From positions 967 to 64,966 of the forward strand of contig NZ_DATFKB010000024.1 of NCBI RefSeq assembly GCF_035268865.1: a stretch of DNA of 64,000 nt. The letters run 5' to 3'. Below are positions 36,573 to 46,831 of this stretch, piece after piece. Source of the stretch: Salinivirga sp. GTDB lineage: Bacteria > Bacteroidota > Bacteroidia > Bacteroidales > Salinivirgaceae. Position 1 is the stretch's first letter; every line of letters begins with the position of its first letter. Made by a program: the position numbers and the translations under genes. The notes beneath the pieces were generated by a model. That model was given only the letters and a program-made list of their open reading frames with translations. It was not told the origin of the DNA and made no database searches.

Positions 36573-38357
36573 ATGAATATAGAACAGTACCTTAACCAGG
36601 AGATTCATAAGGCTTTAGAGCGGATTTTTGAACAGGAAATCGATCCGAAGCAGGTTCAGATTCAAAGAACAAAAGCTGATTTTGAAGGAGATTTTACGTT
36701 AGTTGTATTTCCATTGCTTCGACTGGCAAAAACAAAACCCGAGGATGCCGCCAAACGAATTGGTGATTTTTTGGTTGAGAAATCTGTGGTTTTTGACCGG
36801 TTCAATGTGGTTAAAGGTTTTCTGAACCTTACATTGTCGCATGGATTTTGGTTAAATGCATTGCAGGATATTGTTCAACAACCTGATTTTGGTTTTGCAG
36901 AAAAGGGATCGGGCAAAAAAATCATGATTGAGTATTCCTCCCCTAATACCAATAAACCACTACACCTGGGGCATATTAGAAACAATTTACTTGGCTATGC
37001 TGTGGCTCGTATTCTTGAAGCTTGTGGAAATGAGGTGGTTAAAGTAAATCTGGTGAATGACCGGGGTATTCATATTTGTAAGAGCATGCTGGCCTGGCAA
37101 CGTTGGGGCGAAGGGAAAACACCCTCAGATTTAGGTGTGAAAGGGGATAAGTTAGTTGGTGACTTTTATGTACGTTTCGACCAGGAGTATAAAAAGCAAA
37201 TTGAGGCGCTCAAACAAGAAGGAAAAACCGAGGACGAAGCCAAAGATCAGGCGCCCTTAATACTGGAAGCACGTGAAATGCTGCGCAAATGGGAAGATCG
37301 CGATTCTGAGGTGATGAAGTTGTGGGAACAGATGAACAGTTGGGTTTATGAAGGTTTCGATGAAACGTATAACCGGTTGGGAATTGAGTTTGATAAAGTA
37401 TATTATGAGTCAGATACCTACAAAAAGGGAAAAGAGCTTGTACTGAATCATTTAGAAAAAGGATTGTTAAAGAAGAAGGAAGATGGTTCTGTGTGGGCTG
37501 ATTTAACCGAAGACAAGTTAGATGAAAAGATCTTGCTGCGCAGCGATGGTACTTCAGTTTATATGACACAGGATTTGGGTACTGCCGTACAGCGATTTGC
37601 CGATTATGACATTGACCAACATGTTTATGTTGTTGGAAATGAGCAGGATTACCATTTTAAAGTACTGTCGCTTATTTTAAAGAAGATGGGGTATGAATGG
37701 GCTACACAGCTGTTTCACCTTTCTTATGGCATGGTAGAATTGCCATCAGGTAAAATGAAATCAAGGGAAGGTACTGTGGTTGATGCCGATGATTTAATCG
37801 ACACCATGATTAGTACAGCTGCAAAGGCTTCGGCTGATTCTGGTAAACTTGAAGGAATGAGTCAGTCTGATATCGCGTATGTACATAATATTGTTGCACT
37901 CGGGGCGCTAAAGTATTTTATACTTAAAGTCGATCCCAAAAAGAATATGCTCTTCAATCCCGAAGAGTCCATTGATTTTAACGGCAATACAGGGCCGTTT
38001 ATTCAATACACTCATGCACGCATACGCTCATTGATGCGGAAAGCAGATGTAGAAAACCAACTACCGCAATTCCCGTTAAGCATAGATTTGCAACCGAAAG
38101 AGCAAGAGCTTATTCAGCAATTTGGGCATTTTCCTAATGTGGTAGCCGAAGCGGGCAAAAGTATGAACCCCGGCTTTGTAGCCAACTATTTGTTTGACCT
38201 TGTTAAAACCTTCAATCAGTTTTATCATGATCATTCTGTGCTGAATGAGACCGATGAAGATGTTCGGAATCTGAGGTTAAGCCTTTCATGGCAAACCGGA
38301 CAAATTATAAAAAATGGCATGTGGTTGCTGGGCATTGATGTGCCGGAGCGGATGTAA
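36573..38357 (+). CDS. argS: Arginine--tRNA ligase
   Basis: EYSSPNTNKPLHLGH, KMKSREG, GNTGPFIQY.HAR, C-terminal PERM. Confidence 0.97.
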   Translation: MNIEQYLNQEIHKALERIFEQEIDPKQVQIQRTKADFEGDFTLVVFPLLRLAKTKPEDAAKRIGDFLVEKSVVFDRFNVVKGFLNLTLSHGFWLNALQDIVQQPDFGFAEKGSGKKIMIEYSSPNTNKPLHLGHIRNNLLGYAVARILEACGNEVVKVNLVNDRGIHICKSMLAWQRWGEGKTPSDLGVKGDKLVGDFYVRFDQEYKKQIEALKQEGKTEDEAKDQAPLILEAREMLRKWEDRDSEVMKLWEQMNSWVYEGFDETYNRLGIEFDKVYYESDTYKKGKELVLNHLEKGLLKKKEDGSVWADLTEDKLDEKILLRSDGTSVYMTQDLGTAVQRFADYDIDQHVYVVGNEQDYHFKVLSLILKKMGYEWATQLFHLSYGMVELPSGKMKSREGTVVDADDLIDTMISTAAKASADSGKLEGMSQSDIAYVHNIVALGALKYFILKVDPKKNMLFNPEESIDFNGNTGPFIQYTHARIRSLMRKADVENQLPQFPLSIDLQPKEQELIQQFGHFPNVVAEAGKSMNPGFVANYLFDLVKTFNQFYHDHSVLNETDEDVRNLRLSLSWQTGQIIKNGMWLLGIDVPERM

Positions 38358-38358
38358 G

Positions 38359-39102
38359 TTAATCGCTTAACCAGATTTCAAGGGCTTTTTCTGCCTGTTT
38401 TTCAAGCATGAGGGCGCCATTTATCACTTTAGCTCCATGTTTTTTACCCAGCTTCATAAACGAAGTTTCAGCTGGGTTATAGATCAGGTCAATTAAGGTA
38501 TGCTCTTGCGTTATTCCCGCTTCAGGAATTGGTAAAACATTTTCTATATCAGGGTGCATACCCACCGGCGTTGTATTTATTAATAAGTTGTACTTCCTAA
38601 TTGTTTCGGGTGTAAGGTCCTTGTAGTGGAGTCCTGATTTGTTGCGTGTTACAACTTCAAAAGTTATGTTTTTATTCATAAGTGCATGCTTAACTGCCTG
38701 GGCAGCACCTCCGTCCCCAAAAATAAGGGCGTTTTTATTTTGTATGCGATATTCCTCCAGGGTTTGCTGGAATCCATAGATATCGGTATTATAACCTTCG
38801 AGTTCATATAGGGCTCCTTTTCGCTTAACCTTAACTGTATTCACGGCGCCAATACCAGTTGCAACAGGCGATAATTTAGTAAGCCGGTTAAGTATTTGGT
38901 TCTTGTACGGTATGGTTACATTAAATCCAATTAAATCCTTATGCTTTTTAAGTAGTTGGGGTAATTCGTCAAGTGATTTCAGGGGGAACAGTTCATATTT
39001 GATTTCCTTTAAATCAGGCGTGGACAATAGCCGCTCGAAGATAGCCGGTGAATGGCTATGCGAAAGCGGATACCCTATGAGCCCTAAACGTTTTAGCATC
39101 AT
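38359..39102 (-). CDS. aroE: Shikimate dehydrogenase
   Basis: HS.SP, G.NVTIPYK, AVNT, NTD..GF, INTTPVGM, DLIYNP. Confidence 0.92.
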   Translation of the reverse strand: MMLKRLGLIGYPLSHSHSPAIFERLLSTPDLKEIKYELFPLKSLDELPQLLKKHKDLIGFNVTIPYKNQILNRLTKLSPVATGIGAVNTVKVKRKGALYELEGYNTDIYGFQQTLEEYRIQNKNALIFGDGGAAQAVKHALMNKNITFEVVTRNKSGLHYKDLTPETIRKYNLLINTTPVGMHPDIENVLPIPEAGITQEHTLIDLIYNPAETSFMKLGKKHGAKVINGALMLEKQAEKALEIWLSD

Positions 39103-40025
39103 TATTTTGTTAATCTTTTTGCGAAAAATTCAAATCCCCAAATAACCATAAAACCGATTACAGCGAATAATATGGCATATCCCAAAAAAGACGGTGATCC
39201 ACTTATTTGCTCATAAGCATGTGGTCCCACATTCTTTTCAACCAGAGGTACTATTTCATCATGCCTGTTTACGTAGGTTTCAACTGTTTTTTTCCATGGC
39301 CATACTTTGTTTAGTGATCCAATCATGAATCCGGCCAGCACCGAAATTGTAATGTCATGAAAACGATGTAACAGGTAAGAAAGCAGGTTAGAAAAAGATA
39401 AAATTCCAATGATTGCACCAACTCCAAAGATGGCAATTATTGTTATGTCGAGCTGACTGATTGCTCCAATAATGTATGCATATTTTCCCAATAATAGTAA
39501 AATAAATGCACCTGAAATGCCCGGGAGAATCATAGCACAAATGGCCAATGCACCCGAAAACATAACAAACCACCAGGTTTCAGGTGTTTGGGCAGGCGTT
39601 AAAACTGTCACGAAATATGCAACTATAGTTCCGGCTATCACAGCTATAACCTCGGAAAGTTCCCATTTCTTAATTTTTTTGAGAATGGTGATGGCAGAAG
39701 CAATGATGAGGCCGAAAAAGAATGACCACACCATAACAGGGTAAGTGCTCAGGAGCGTTTCTAATATTTTGGCCAATGAAAAAACACTTAAAAAAACGCC
39801 TGCAAAAACACTAACCAGAAACCATCCGTTTATGTGTTGCCAGAAGCTTTTAACCCCATCCTTAAACAGCAGTTTAACGGCTTGTGCATTGATTGATTTT
39901 ATAGAATCTACAAGTTCTTCATAAATGCCGGTTATAAGGGCAATTGTACCGCCCGACACACCTGGCACTACATCGGCAGCTCCCATTAATGCACCTTTTA
40001 GCAGATTAGTGATATATTTCAACAT
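39102..40025 (-). CDS. DUF368 membrane protein
   Basis: MGAADVVPGVSGGT and MILPGISG repeats. Confidence 0.88.
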   Translation of the reverse strand: MLKYITNLLKGALMGAADVVPGVSGGTIALITGIYEELVDSIKSINAQAVKLLFKDGVKSFWQHINGWFLVSVFAGVFLSVFSLAKILETLLSTYPVMVWSFFFGLIIASAITILKKIKKWELSEVIAVIAGTIVAYFVTVLTPAQTPETWWFVMFSGALAICAMILPGISGAFILLLLGKYAYIIGAISQLDITIIAIFGVGAIIGILSFSNLLSYLLHRFHDITISVLAGFMIGSLNKVWPWKKTVETYVNRHDEIVPLVEKNVGPHAYEQISGSPSFLGYAILFAVIGFMVIWGFEFFAKRLTK

Positions 40026-40044
40026 TATTTTAAGGTTTAGGTAT

Positions 40045-40083
40045 AAAAATGCCGGAAAAGCATAAACTTATCCGGCAGTTTTC
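40045..40083. terminator. Intrinsic terminator
   Basis: AAAAATGCCGGA...TCCGGCAGTTTT. Confidence 0.6.
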
Positions 40084-40097
40084 TTTATTTATTGGTC

Positions 40098-41432
40098 CTA
40101 TTTTTTGTAGTTGATAAAAGGTTCCCACAGTTTTTCATTGTAAACAGATCTTTCGTAACGATCTATTTCTTCAATAGATGAAGCATGTTGTGTGGTGTAA
40201 ATCATCTCTTCCATAAAGTTGGGTGCTCTGCGCACGCCTTCGCCAACATTAATCATTACGGTTTCGCCATTTTTGATAATGCCCTGATGTAATGATTCAA
40301 AGAACCCACCTACAGCAATTGCAGATGCCGGACCGATTTGAATGTGTTTGATGTAAGCAGTGAGTCTTGAGATATCGGCAATCATTTTTTCATTGAATTC
40401 AATGATCTCACCATTACTTTTTTTCGTAAGGCTTCCAATTATCGGGTATGTTCCGGGTTTTCCGGTTGCCAGTGTTGGTACTTTAGTCACCGGGTTCTCA
40501 AGTGTAGGGTAATCATTTTCCCAACCCTCAGGGAAACCGTTCGATTTGGCTTTGTCCCATGCCATACGCATTGGCGCACAATGGTCTGGCTGAACCATTA
40601 TAAATCGTGGTAATTTAATTTCAAGTTCTGAGCCTTTCAGGTCATTCACTGCTTTATCTATGGCTATAGGCCCTGTACCTCCACTGAGCGCTTGAATATA
40701 AACGTCAGGCATTTTGTTTATTTGGCGAAGCCATTCAAATACCATGGTCTTTTTTGCCTCAACACGCAGCGGGTCTGTATTTCCACCTGATAGTAATATG
40801 CCGTATTTTTCTGAATATTGCGCTGCTATTTCTTTGGCTTTGGCATAGTCGCCTTTAACCCGCACAACGCGCTGACCATAGGTATTTACCTCTGCTTCAT
40901 TTGCTTTTAGTGCATCTTGTGGAATAAATACTGTAAGCGATATACCTGCTTTTGCTAAATAATGGGCAAATGCATTTGCTATGTTACCGGTACTGGCCAC
41001 GGCATACTCTTTTATACCGTTTTCTTTTAAAGCGGAGGCTGCAACAGCTGCTGCTACATCTTTAAAAGTACCTGTACCGGGGTTCATATCATTCCGGTAA
41101 GCTACAACTTCGCAGTCAATTCCGTATTGTTTCTTTGCAAAATCGGCAAGGAAATCCCAGTTTTCAACCGGAATTACACCTTCTCCTGAGGTGATGATAT
41201 TTTCGCGATCATTTATTGGTAAGAAATCGAAATAGTGAAAAACATTTTTCGCTTTTCCGTTCTGTTCATTAATAAATGCTTTAACATTATTTATATCTTC
41301 GCTATATTCAGCATACACAACTTTATGTCCACACTTGGGACATTTCTGCATGTTGCTAAACCATTCGCTCAGGTCTTTTACTACATATTGGCACTTTTCG
41401 CACCGAAGTTGAAATTTCCGATTTTCCTTCAT
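40098..41432 (-). CDS. Threonine synthase-like PLP-dependent enzyme with N-terminal Zn ribbon
   Basis: CEKC..CPKC, NP.TGTFKD, ASTGN, SGGTG. Confidence 0.75.
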   Translation of the reverse strand: MKENRKFQLRCEKCQYVVKDLSEWFSNMQKCPKCGHKVVYAEYSEDINNVKAFINEQNGKAKNVFHYFDFLPINDRENIITSGEGVIPVENWDFLADFAKKQYGIDCEVVAYRNDMNPGTGTFKDVAAAVAASALKENGIKEYAVASTGNIANAFAHYLAKAGISLTVFIPQDALKANEAEVNTYGQRVVRVKGDYAKAKEIAAQYSEKYGILLSGGNTDPLRVEAKKTMVFEWLRQINKMPDVYIQALSGGTGPIAIDKAVNDLKGSELEIKLPRFIMVQPDHCAPMRMAWDKAKSNGFPEGWENDYPTLENPVTKVPTLATGKPGTYPIIGSLTKKSNGEIIEFNEKMIADISRLTAYIKHIQIGPASAIAVGGFFESLHQGIIKNGETVMINVGEGVRRAPNFMEEMIYTTQHASSIEEIDRYERSVYNEKLWEPFINYKK

Positions 41433-41464
41433 TTTATATTGTGTTTACTAATATTACTTTATCA

Positions 41465-42877
41465 TTAAAGTCCTTCATATAAATTGACGAGCTTTTTAAC
41501 AGCGTCAAAGCTAAGTATTTTTGGGTAAAAATATACAAAGTTGTTAAAGGCTTCCTTGTCTTTTTTGAGTCCGCTTTCAATTTTATTTAACCCGTCAGTG
41601 AGCTCCTCTTTTTCAACTAAAGCTGCTCCCCATAAATAATAAAAAGCCGGGTCACGGAATGTTTCTAACGCCGTTTCACAAAGCTCTATTGTTTCCTGGT
41701 ACTCTTTTAATTCAAAATGGCACTCAGCAAGGTGTACACGGGCTTTTTCATCAAAGGGGTCAAGTTTTATTACCTTTTTATATGATTTCACTGCATATGT
41801 CAGGTATTTCATGCTCTGCTGAATGGTAGCGAGTCTTAACCAGAATAGCGGTTCTTCAGGGTCTATTTTTATCGCTTTTCTTACGTAAACCAGGCTTTCG
41901 GTAATTTTATTTTCGTCGTAATAAATTTCTCCTATTCCAAACCATGCATCGGCAAAGTCAGGGTCCAGGCTCAGGGTTTTTTCAAAGTTTAGCATGGCCT
42001 GGTCTTTTTGGCCTGTTTGGTAGTAACTTTCTGCCAGGTAAAAGTAGGCATGCAGGTTTTTACCTTCGTGCGATATAAGCTCTTCGAGGTAATTTATGGC
42101 CTTGTCATATTGTTCATCACGACTGTAAATGAGAGCAATACTAAAGTAAGCCGAGGCGTATTCGGGCTCTATGGCAGCTGCAAACTCGTAGGCGTCCAGT
42201 GCCATTTTAGTGTCGTTTTTATACTCATAAAGGTTCCCCAATTGGTGCCAAATCATTTCGTTAAACGGATCGCGATCAAGATATTTATCAAACTCCTCAA
42301 TGGCGTGGGAAATTTGGTTTAATTCTTTGTAACAGGTACCTAAATCAATGAGCGCTTCGAAATCGTACTGGTCTATTTCAAGTACCTGATGTAAGTAATT
42401 TACAGCACTATGGTACTCTCCCTTATCCATCAGGTCATCTGTAATCATGTATAGAAGCGAAATTTTTTCGTCGATCTCAGCAAGTGTGAGAGCCGAATCG
42501 AAGTATCTGATGGCTTTGTTGAGTTTATCTGTTGCCAGTTGTAATTTTCCCAAATAGTAATAAATCTCAGCATCCGCTTTATTGGTGTTTAGCAGATCTT
42601 TGAGTATGTTTTTGGCGCGCTTGAAGTTTTGTGTAATGATTGAAAACTGAGCATCTTTAAGAATTAATTCTTCTGCATTAGGGTGTTGTTTTAACCCAAT
42701 TTTAAGTGCTTGCTTGGCTTTCTCTTTTTGGTTGGTGTCAATCAAATAATTAATTATCTCAGTGAATATTTCCACATCAAAATACTTTGCTCTTTCAAGC
42801 GTCAGCATTTCATCGAACTGCTTTAAAATATCACTAAAATCCTCATTATAATTGAATTTATCTGGTATATGCATCAT
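41465..42877 (-). CDS. Tetratricopeptide repeat protein
   Basis: Many TPR units; start approximate. Confidence 0.85.
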   Translation of the reverse strand: MMHIPDKFNYNEDFSDILKQFDEMLTLERAKYFDVEIFTEIINYLIDTNQKEKAKQALKIGLKQHPNAEELILKDAQFSIITQNFKRAKNILKDLLNTNKADAEIYYYLGKLQLATDKLNKAIRYFDSALTLAEIDEKISLLYMITDDLMDKGEYHSAVNYLHQVLEIDQYDFEALIDLGTCYKELNQISHAIEEFDKYLDRDPFNEMIWHQLGNLYEYKNDTKMALDAYEFAAAIEPEYASAYFSIALIYSRDEQYDKAINYLEELISHEGKNLHAYFYLAESYYQTGQKDQAMLNFEKTLSLDPDFADAWFGIGEIYYDENKITESLVYVRKAIKIDPEEPLFWLRLATIQQSMKYLTYAVKSYKKVIKLDPFDEKARVHLAECHFELKEYQETIELCETALETFRDPAFYYLWGAALVEKEELTDGLNKIESGLKKDKEAFNNFVYFYPKILSFDAVKKLVNLYEGL

Positions 42878-42960
42878 ATTCGGCAAGTAGATTAAAAATC
42901 GTTTTGCTCATTTTAAAAATGAGGACAAAGGTGCGAAAAAAATGTGTAAACACCTAACTA

Positions 42961-44511
42961 TTAAAACCTGTGTTCCTTGCGCAGAAGATCGTTAATGGTT
43001 TTCACCGGATTAAACGTTTCCATTGGTACTTCGACAAAAATTGTAGTCCAGTTTGCCATAGCGCCATTCCATAATCCAGGATGCTCAAGTGCTTTTACAG
43101 GCTTACCTTTCATCGTTTTGTGCGAAATAAAACCAGTTTCCGGATCAGCATATTTGTCAAGATCAAATTTATTGCCTTTAAAGTCTTTGGTTGAGCAAGC
43201 AATGTCAACAGGGTTGAAATGTGTGGCAGCCTCAAAAACCTTCATTTGAGTTTTGTCCTCTTTGTCAAATTGTGAACTTTCCACAATCTGAAGGCTTTCT
43301 TCTTCATTAACATCTTTTACCCAAAACGGACCTCCACCTGGTTCATCTTCATTCTTTACCATTCCGCAAACTCTGAAGGGACGGTTTAATTTCTCAATCA
43401 GGTACTTAATTTTTTGTGGCTTATCATAGCTTTTAAAATCATTCGGAATATCAATATTCAATCTTTGATTGGCAAAATTGGCAATTTTTGTAACATAAGC
43501 GTCTTTCAACTCTGCATTGCTCGTAAGCTTTTCCAGGTAATGATTGATTTTATCTTTAAAATCCAATAAAACGCCACCAAGTAGTTCTTTGTATTCAACA
43601 GTAACCGGCTTTAAACGATCGGTTACTATATTGTCGATGTTTTTTATGAAAATTAAATCGGCATCTATTTCATTAAGGTTAACCAATAATGATCCGTGGC
43701 CACCAGGTCTGAATACAAGGTATCCCTCATCGTCCCTGACCGGTTCATTTTTCATGGTTACAGCAATGGTGTCGGTATGTGCTTTTTGAACTGATAAATC
43801 AATGTTGAATTTAACATTGAAACGCTCTTCATATGTGGGGATTATTTCATTTATGTGTTTTTCAAACGAATCATAAAATTCCGGCGAAACTGTAAAGTGA
43901 ATATTGACTTCTTTGTTGGATTTGGCATACATGGCACCTTCAACTAGATGTTCCTCAAGTGCAGTGCGCTCTTCGTTTTTGTACTTATGGAATTTGATTA
44001 ATCCTTTTGGATAATTCCCATAGTTGAGGCCTTTCTCTGATACTATAAGGTTGAGGGCTCCTACATAGTCTTTTTTATTGAATTTACTTTCGATGCAGTC
44101 TCCTTTTTCGGAACAAATTTGTTCTAAGTCGTCATAAAAAGCAAAATCATGGATATGCTCGCAAAGGAAATACACTGAATTTGGTCCGCGATCTGTTAAA
44201 AGTTCCAAATATTTTTGTTCTGAACCGTCATAGGCTGCAAGTATCTCAAATATTTTTTTGAACATGCGGCTTGCAGCCCCGCTTGCAGGAACAAATTTAC
44301 ATATCTTGGCGTTTTTTTGTTTCTTCTGATAGAGGCTTCTCAACTTTTCTTTATCCTCTTCGCCATATCTGTTGATACCCTTTTCCGGAGTTGCCGGCGC
44401 TATAATATTCAGTTGTGGATAGCTGGTCTTAAACCTTTCCAGTTGTTGCTTAACTATTTGGGCATTCATGCCTTTTTCCTGCAGTTGTTGTTTATCCTTA
44501 TCTGTGAGCAT
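42961..44511 (-). CDS. DUF4301 family (nucleotide-diphospho-sugar transferase-like) protein
   Basis: KFVPASGAASRMFK, FRPGGHG, EPGGGPFW, THFNPVD, TFNPVKT. Confidence 0.88.
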   Translation of the reverse strand: MLTDKDKQQLQEKGMNAQIVKQQLERFKTSYPQLNIIAPATPEKGINRYGEEDKEKLRSLYQKKQKNAKICKFVPASGAASRMFKKIFEILAAYDGSEQKYLELLTDRGPNSVYFLCEHIHDFAFYDDLEQICSEKGDCIESKFNKKDYVGALNLIVSEKGLNYGNYPKGLIKFHKYKNEERTALEEHLVEGAMYAKSNKEVNIHFTVSPEFYDSFEKHINEIIPTYEERFNVKFNIDLSVQKAHTDTIAVTMKNEPVRDDEGYLVFRPGGHGSLLVNLNEIDADLIFIKNIDNIVTDRLKPVTVEYKELLGGVLLDFKDKINHYLEKLTSNAELKDAYVTKIANFANQRLNIDIPNDFKSYDKPQKIKYLIEKLNRPFRVCGMVKNEDEPGGGPFWVKDVNEEESLQIVESSQFDKEDKTQMKVFEAATHFNPVDIACSTKDFKGNKFDLDKYADPETGFISHKTMKGKPVKALEHPGLWNGAMANWTTIFVEVPMETFNPVKTINDLLRKEHRF

Positions 44512-44606
44512 AACCAATTAGATTTATAGGATTTCCATGAGAATCAAAAATAATCATATTTTTAATAATTTGGCAAATTATAAGGTTTTTACCTTTTAAA
44601 GCCTTT

Positions 44607-45512
44607 TTAAGTGTTTGTATTGGAGGGTTTTCGGAACTTGTTTGCATATTCAGTCCAGATTATGCCTGTAACAATAAGCACCAGTCCTCCAATGGTGGAG
44701 AGCAGGATGGGCTCATGTAAAAACGCGTTTATAAATACCAGCGACAAAAAGGGTGAGAAATAAATGTAATGGCTTATTTTATCGGTTGAAGATGCCAGCT
44801 GCAAAGCTTTGAGCCAAATCACAAAGGTAAGGGCCATCTCGAATAATGCTGCGTATATTGCTGCCAGGCTGCCTTGAAGTTGCGGAACTGGCAATCCATC
44901 TGTCAGTAATGTGTATGGCACCATTAAAACGATGGCAGATGTGAAGTTTAACCATATTTGCTGAATTGGGTGTGTGTTTGAAAGCTTATTTACAATCCAG
45001 TACGAGGCCCAAATTAAACTGCTACCAACAGCAAGCAAAATTCCGGTTAGGTTAACTTCAAGAGCTGAATGCATGCTGCCATAAGAAATAACGAATACTC
45101 CGCCAAATGAAATCAGCATACCCCAAAAGACCATCGGTTTAAAAGCCTGGCGCAAAAAGATGGAGGAAAAAATTACCAGTACAAGCGGCCATGTATAGTT
45201 CAATGATTGCGCAATTTGTGCAGGTAGCTGGTTGTATGCGTGAAACAGTACCAGGTAGTAAGCAAAAGGATTTAATATGCCTCCAGCCAGTGCGAGGTAT
45301 TTGCTGCGCTTATCGACTTTTATTTTCCATTTTCCGGTACTCAGTATAATAATGGTAAGTATTACCCATGCAATGATGATTACCCAGCATAGAAACTGCG
45401 TTGGAGTAAGTTGCTCAAGTCCGAATTTAAAGGCAGTAGCTACTGTTGACCAGAAAAATGTAGCCAGAAGAGCCAGTAAAGTAGCTTGTTTATTGTTTGA
45501 TAAGTTCCCCAT
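44607..45512 (-). CDS. EamA/DMT family transporter
   Basis: About 10 TM helices, WSTVATAFK, LNYTWP. Confidence 0.85.
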   Translation of the reverse strand: MGNLSNNKQATLLALLATFFWSTVATAFKFGLEQLTPTQFLCWVIIIAWVILTIIILSTGKWKIKVDKRSKYLALAGGILNPFAYYLVLFHAYNQLPAQIAQSLNYTWPLVLVIFSSIFLRQAFKPMVFWGMLISFGGVFVISYGSMHSALEVNLTGILLAVGSSLIWASYWIVNKLSNTHPIQQIWLNFTSAIVLMVPYTLLTDGLPVPQLQGSLAAIYAALFEMALTFVIWLKALQLASSTDKISHYIYFSPFLSLVFINAFLHEPILLSTIGGLVLIVTGIIWTEYANKFRKPSNTNT

Positions 45513-45689
45513 TGCACATAATTTTAACACAAAAAAACAAGATAATCCCGGAAATCCATCAAGGTTATATTAAAACATTGATATTTAACATATTTTTTTT
45601 CGTCTCTTTTTTAGAATTTTGCCCCGCAATTGGCCAAAAATTGTTATCTTTGGGCATTTATGGAATGCAAGTTAAAATACTGATTTACA

Positions 45690-46697
45690 ATGGATTTAAT
45701 TACAACAATTAAGGAAAAAGCGAAAGCGAATAAACAAAGGATAGTTTTACCGGAAGGCACAGAAGCCAGAACACTTGAAGCAGCCAATATTTTGATAAAA
45801 GAGGGTATTGCTGATATAATATTGTTAGGAGATGTAGCAAGGATTAAAGCAATGGCACAAGAAGCTGGTTTTTCTGAAATAGGAAAAGCACAAATTGTAG
45901 ATCCTAAAGACCATCCTAAGAAATCAGAATATATTGATGCCCTTGTAGAAATTCGAAAAAAGAAAGGGCTTACCAAAGAAGAGGCTGAAAAGTTACTGAA
46001 TGATCCATTGTATCTTGCAGTAATGATGATAAAACAAGGCGATGCAGACGGTGAAGTAGCTGGAGCAGACAATGCTACAGGAGACGTATTGCGCCCCGCT
46101 TTTCAGATTGTAAAAACCAAACCCGGCATCAGTGTTGTGTCTGGTGCATTTTTTATGATTTTGCCCGATAAAACATATGGCGAATCAGGTATTTTAGTTT
46201 TTGCCGATTGCGCAGTTCATCCCAATCCTACAGCTAAAGAACTTGCCGAAATTGCTGTGGCAACAGGAGAAACAACAAAAGCAATAGGCGGTTTTGAACC
46301 TCGAATTGCGATGCTATCATTTTCTACTAAAGGAAGCGCCAAAAATGAAATGGTCGATAAAGTTGTTGATGCTACAAAAATGGCCCAGGAAAAAGCTCCG
46401 GACCTGAAAATCGATGGTGAGCTACAATCTGATGCGGCCATTATTCCCGCTATTGGTAATAAAAAGGCACCGGGTAGTGAAATTGCAGGTAAAGCAAATG
46501 TATTGGTATTTCCTACATTAGAAACGGGTAATATCACATACAAACTTGTGCAGCGCCTGGCGGGCGCGGAAGCGATTGGTCCGGTCTTGCAGGGCATGGC
46601 TGCACCGATAAACGATTTGTCACGTGGCTGCTCGGTAAGCGATATTGTAAATCTGGTTGCTATTACAGTAAATCAGGCTGCCAGCGAAAAACAATAA
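45690..46697 (+). CDS. pta: Phosphate acetyltransferase
   Basis: IVLPEG, FADCAV, LSFSTKGS, DGELQ.DAA, NDLSRGC. Confidence 0.95.
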   Translation: MDLITTIKEKAKANKQRIVLPEGTEARTLEAANILIKEGIADIILLGDVARIKAMAQEAGFSEIGKAQIVDPKDHPKKSEYIDALVEIRKKKGLTKEEAEKLLNDPLYLAVMMIKQGDADGEVAGADNATGDVLRPAFQIVKTKPGISVVSGAFFMILPDKTYGESGILVFADCAVHPNPTAKELAEIAVATGETTKAIGGFEPRIAMLSFSTKGSAKNEMVDKVVDATKMAQEKAPDLKIDGELQSDAAIIPAIGNKKAPGSEIAGKANVLVFPTLETGNITYKLVQRLAGAEAIGPVLQGMAAPINDLSRGCSVSDIVNLVAITVNQAASEKQ

Positions 46698-46831
46698 TTT
46701 AAATTAAATAGCCCAATTAAAAGGGATGTATTGCAAAAAAATCAGAATAATATAATCGAATGGCAGATTGGTGTTTTGTTACACCTACTGCCATTTGGTA
46801 TTTAATACTAAAACATAAAAATTCAAGCCGT

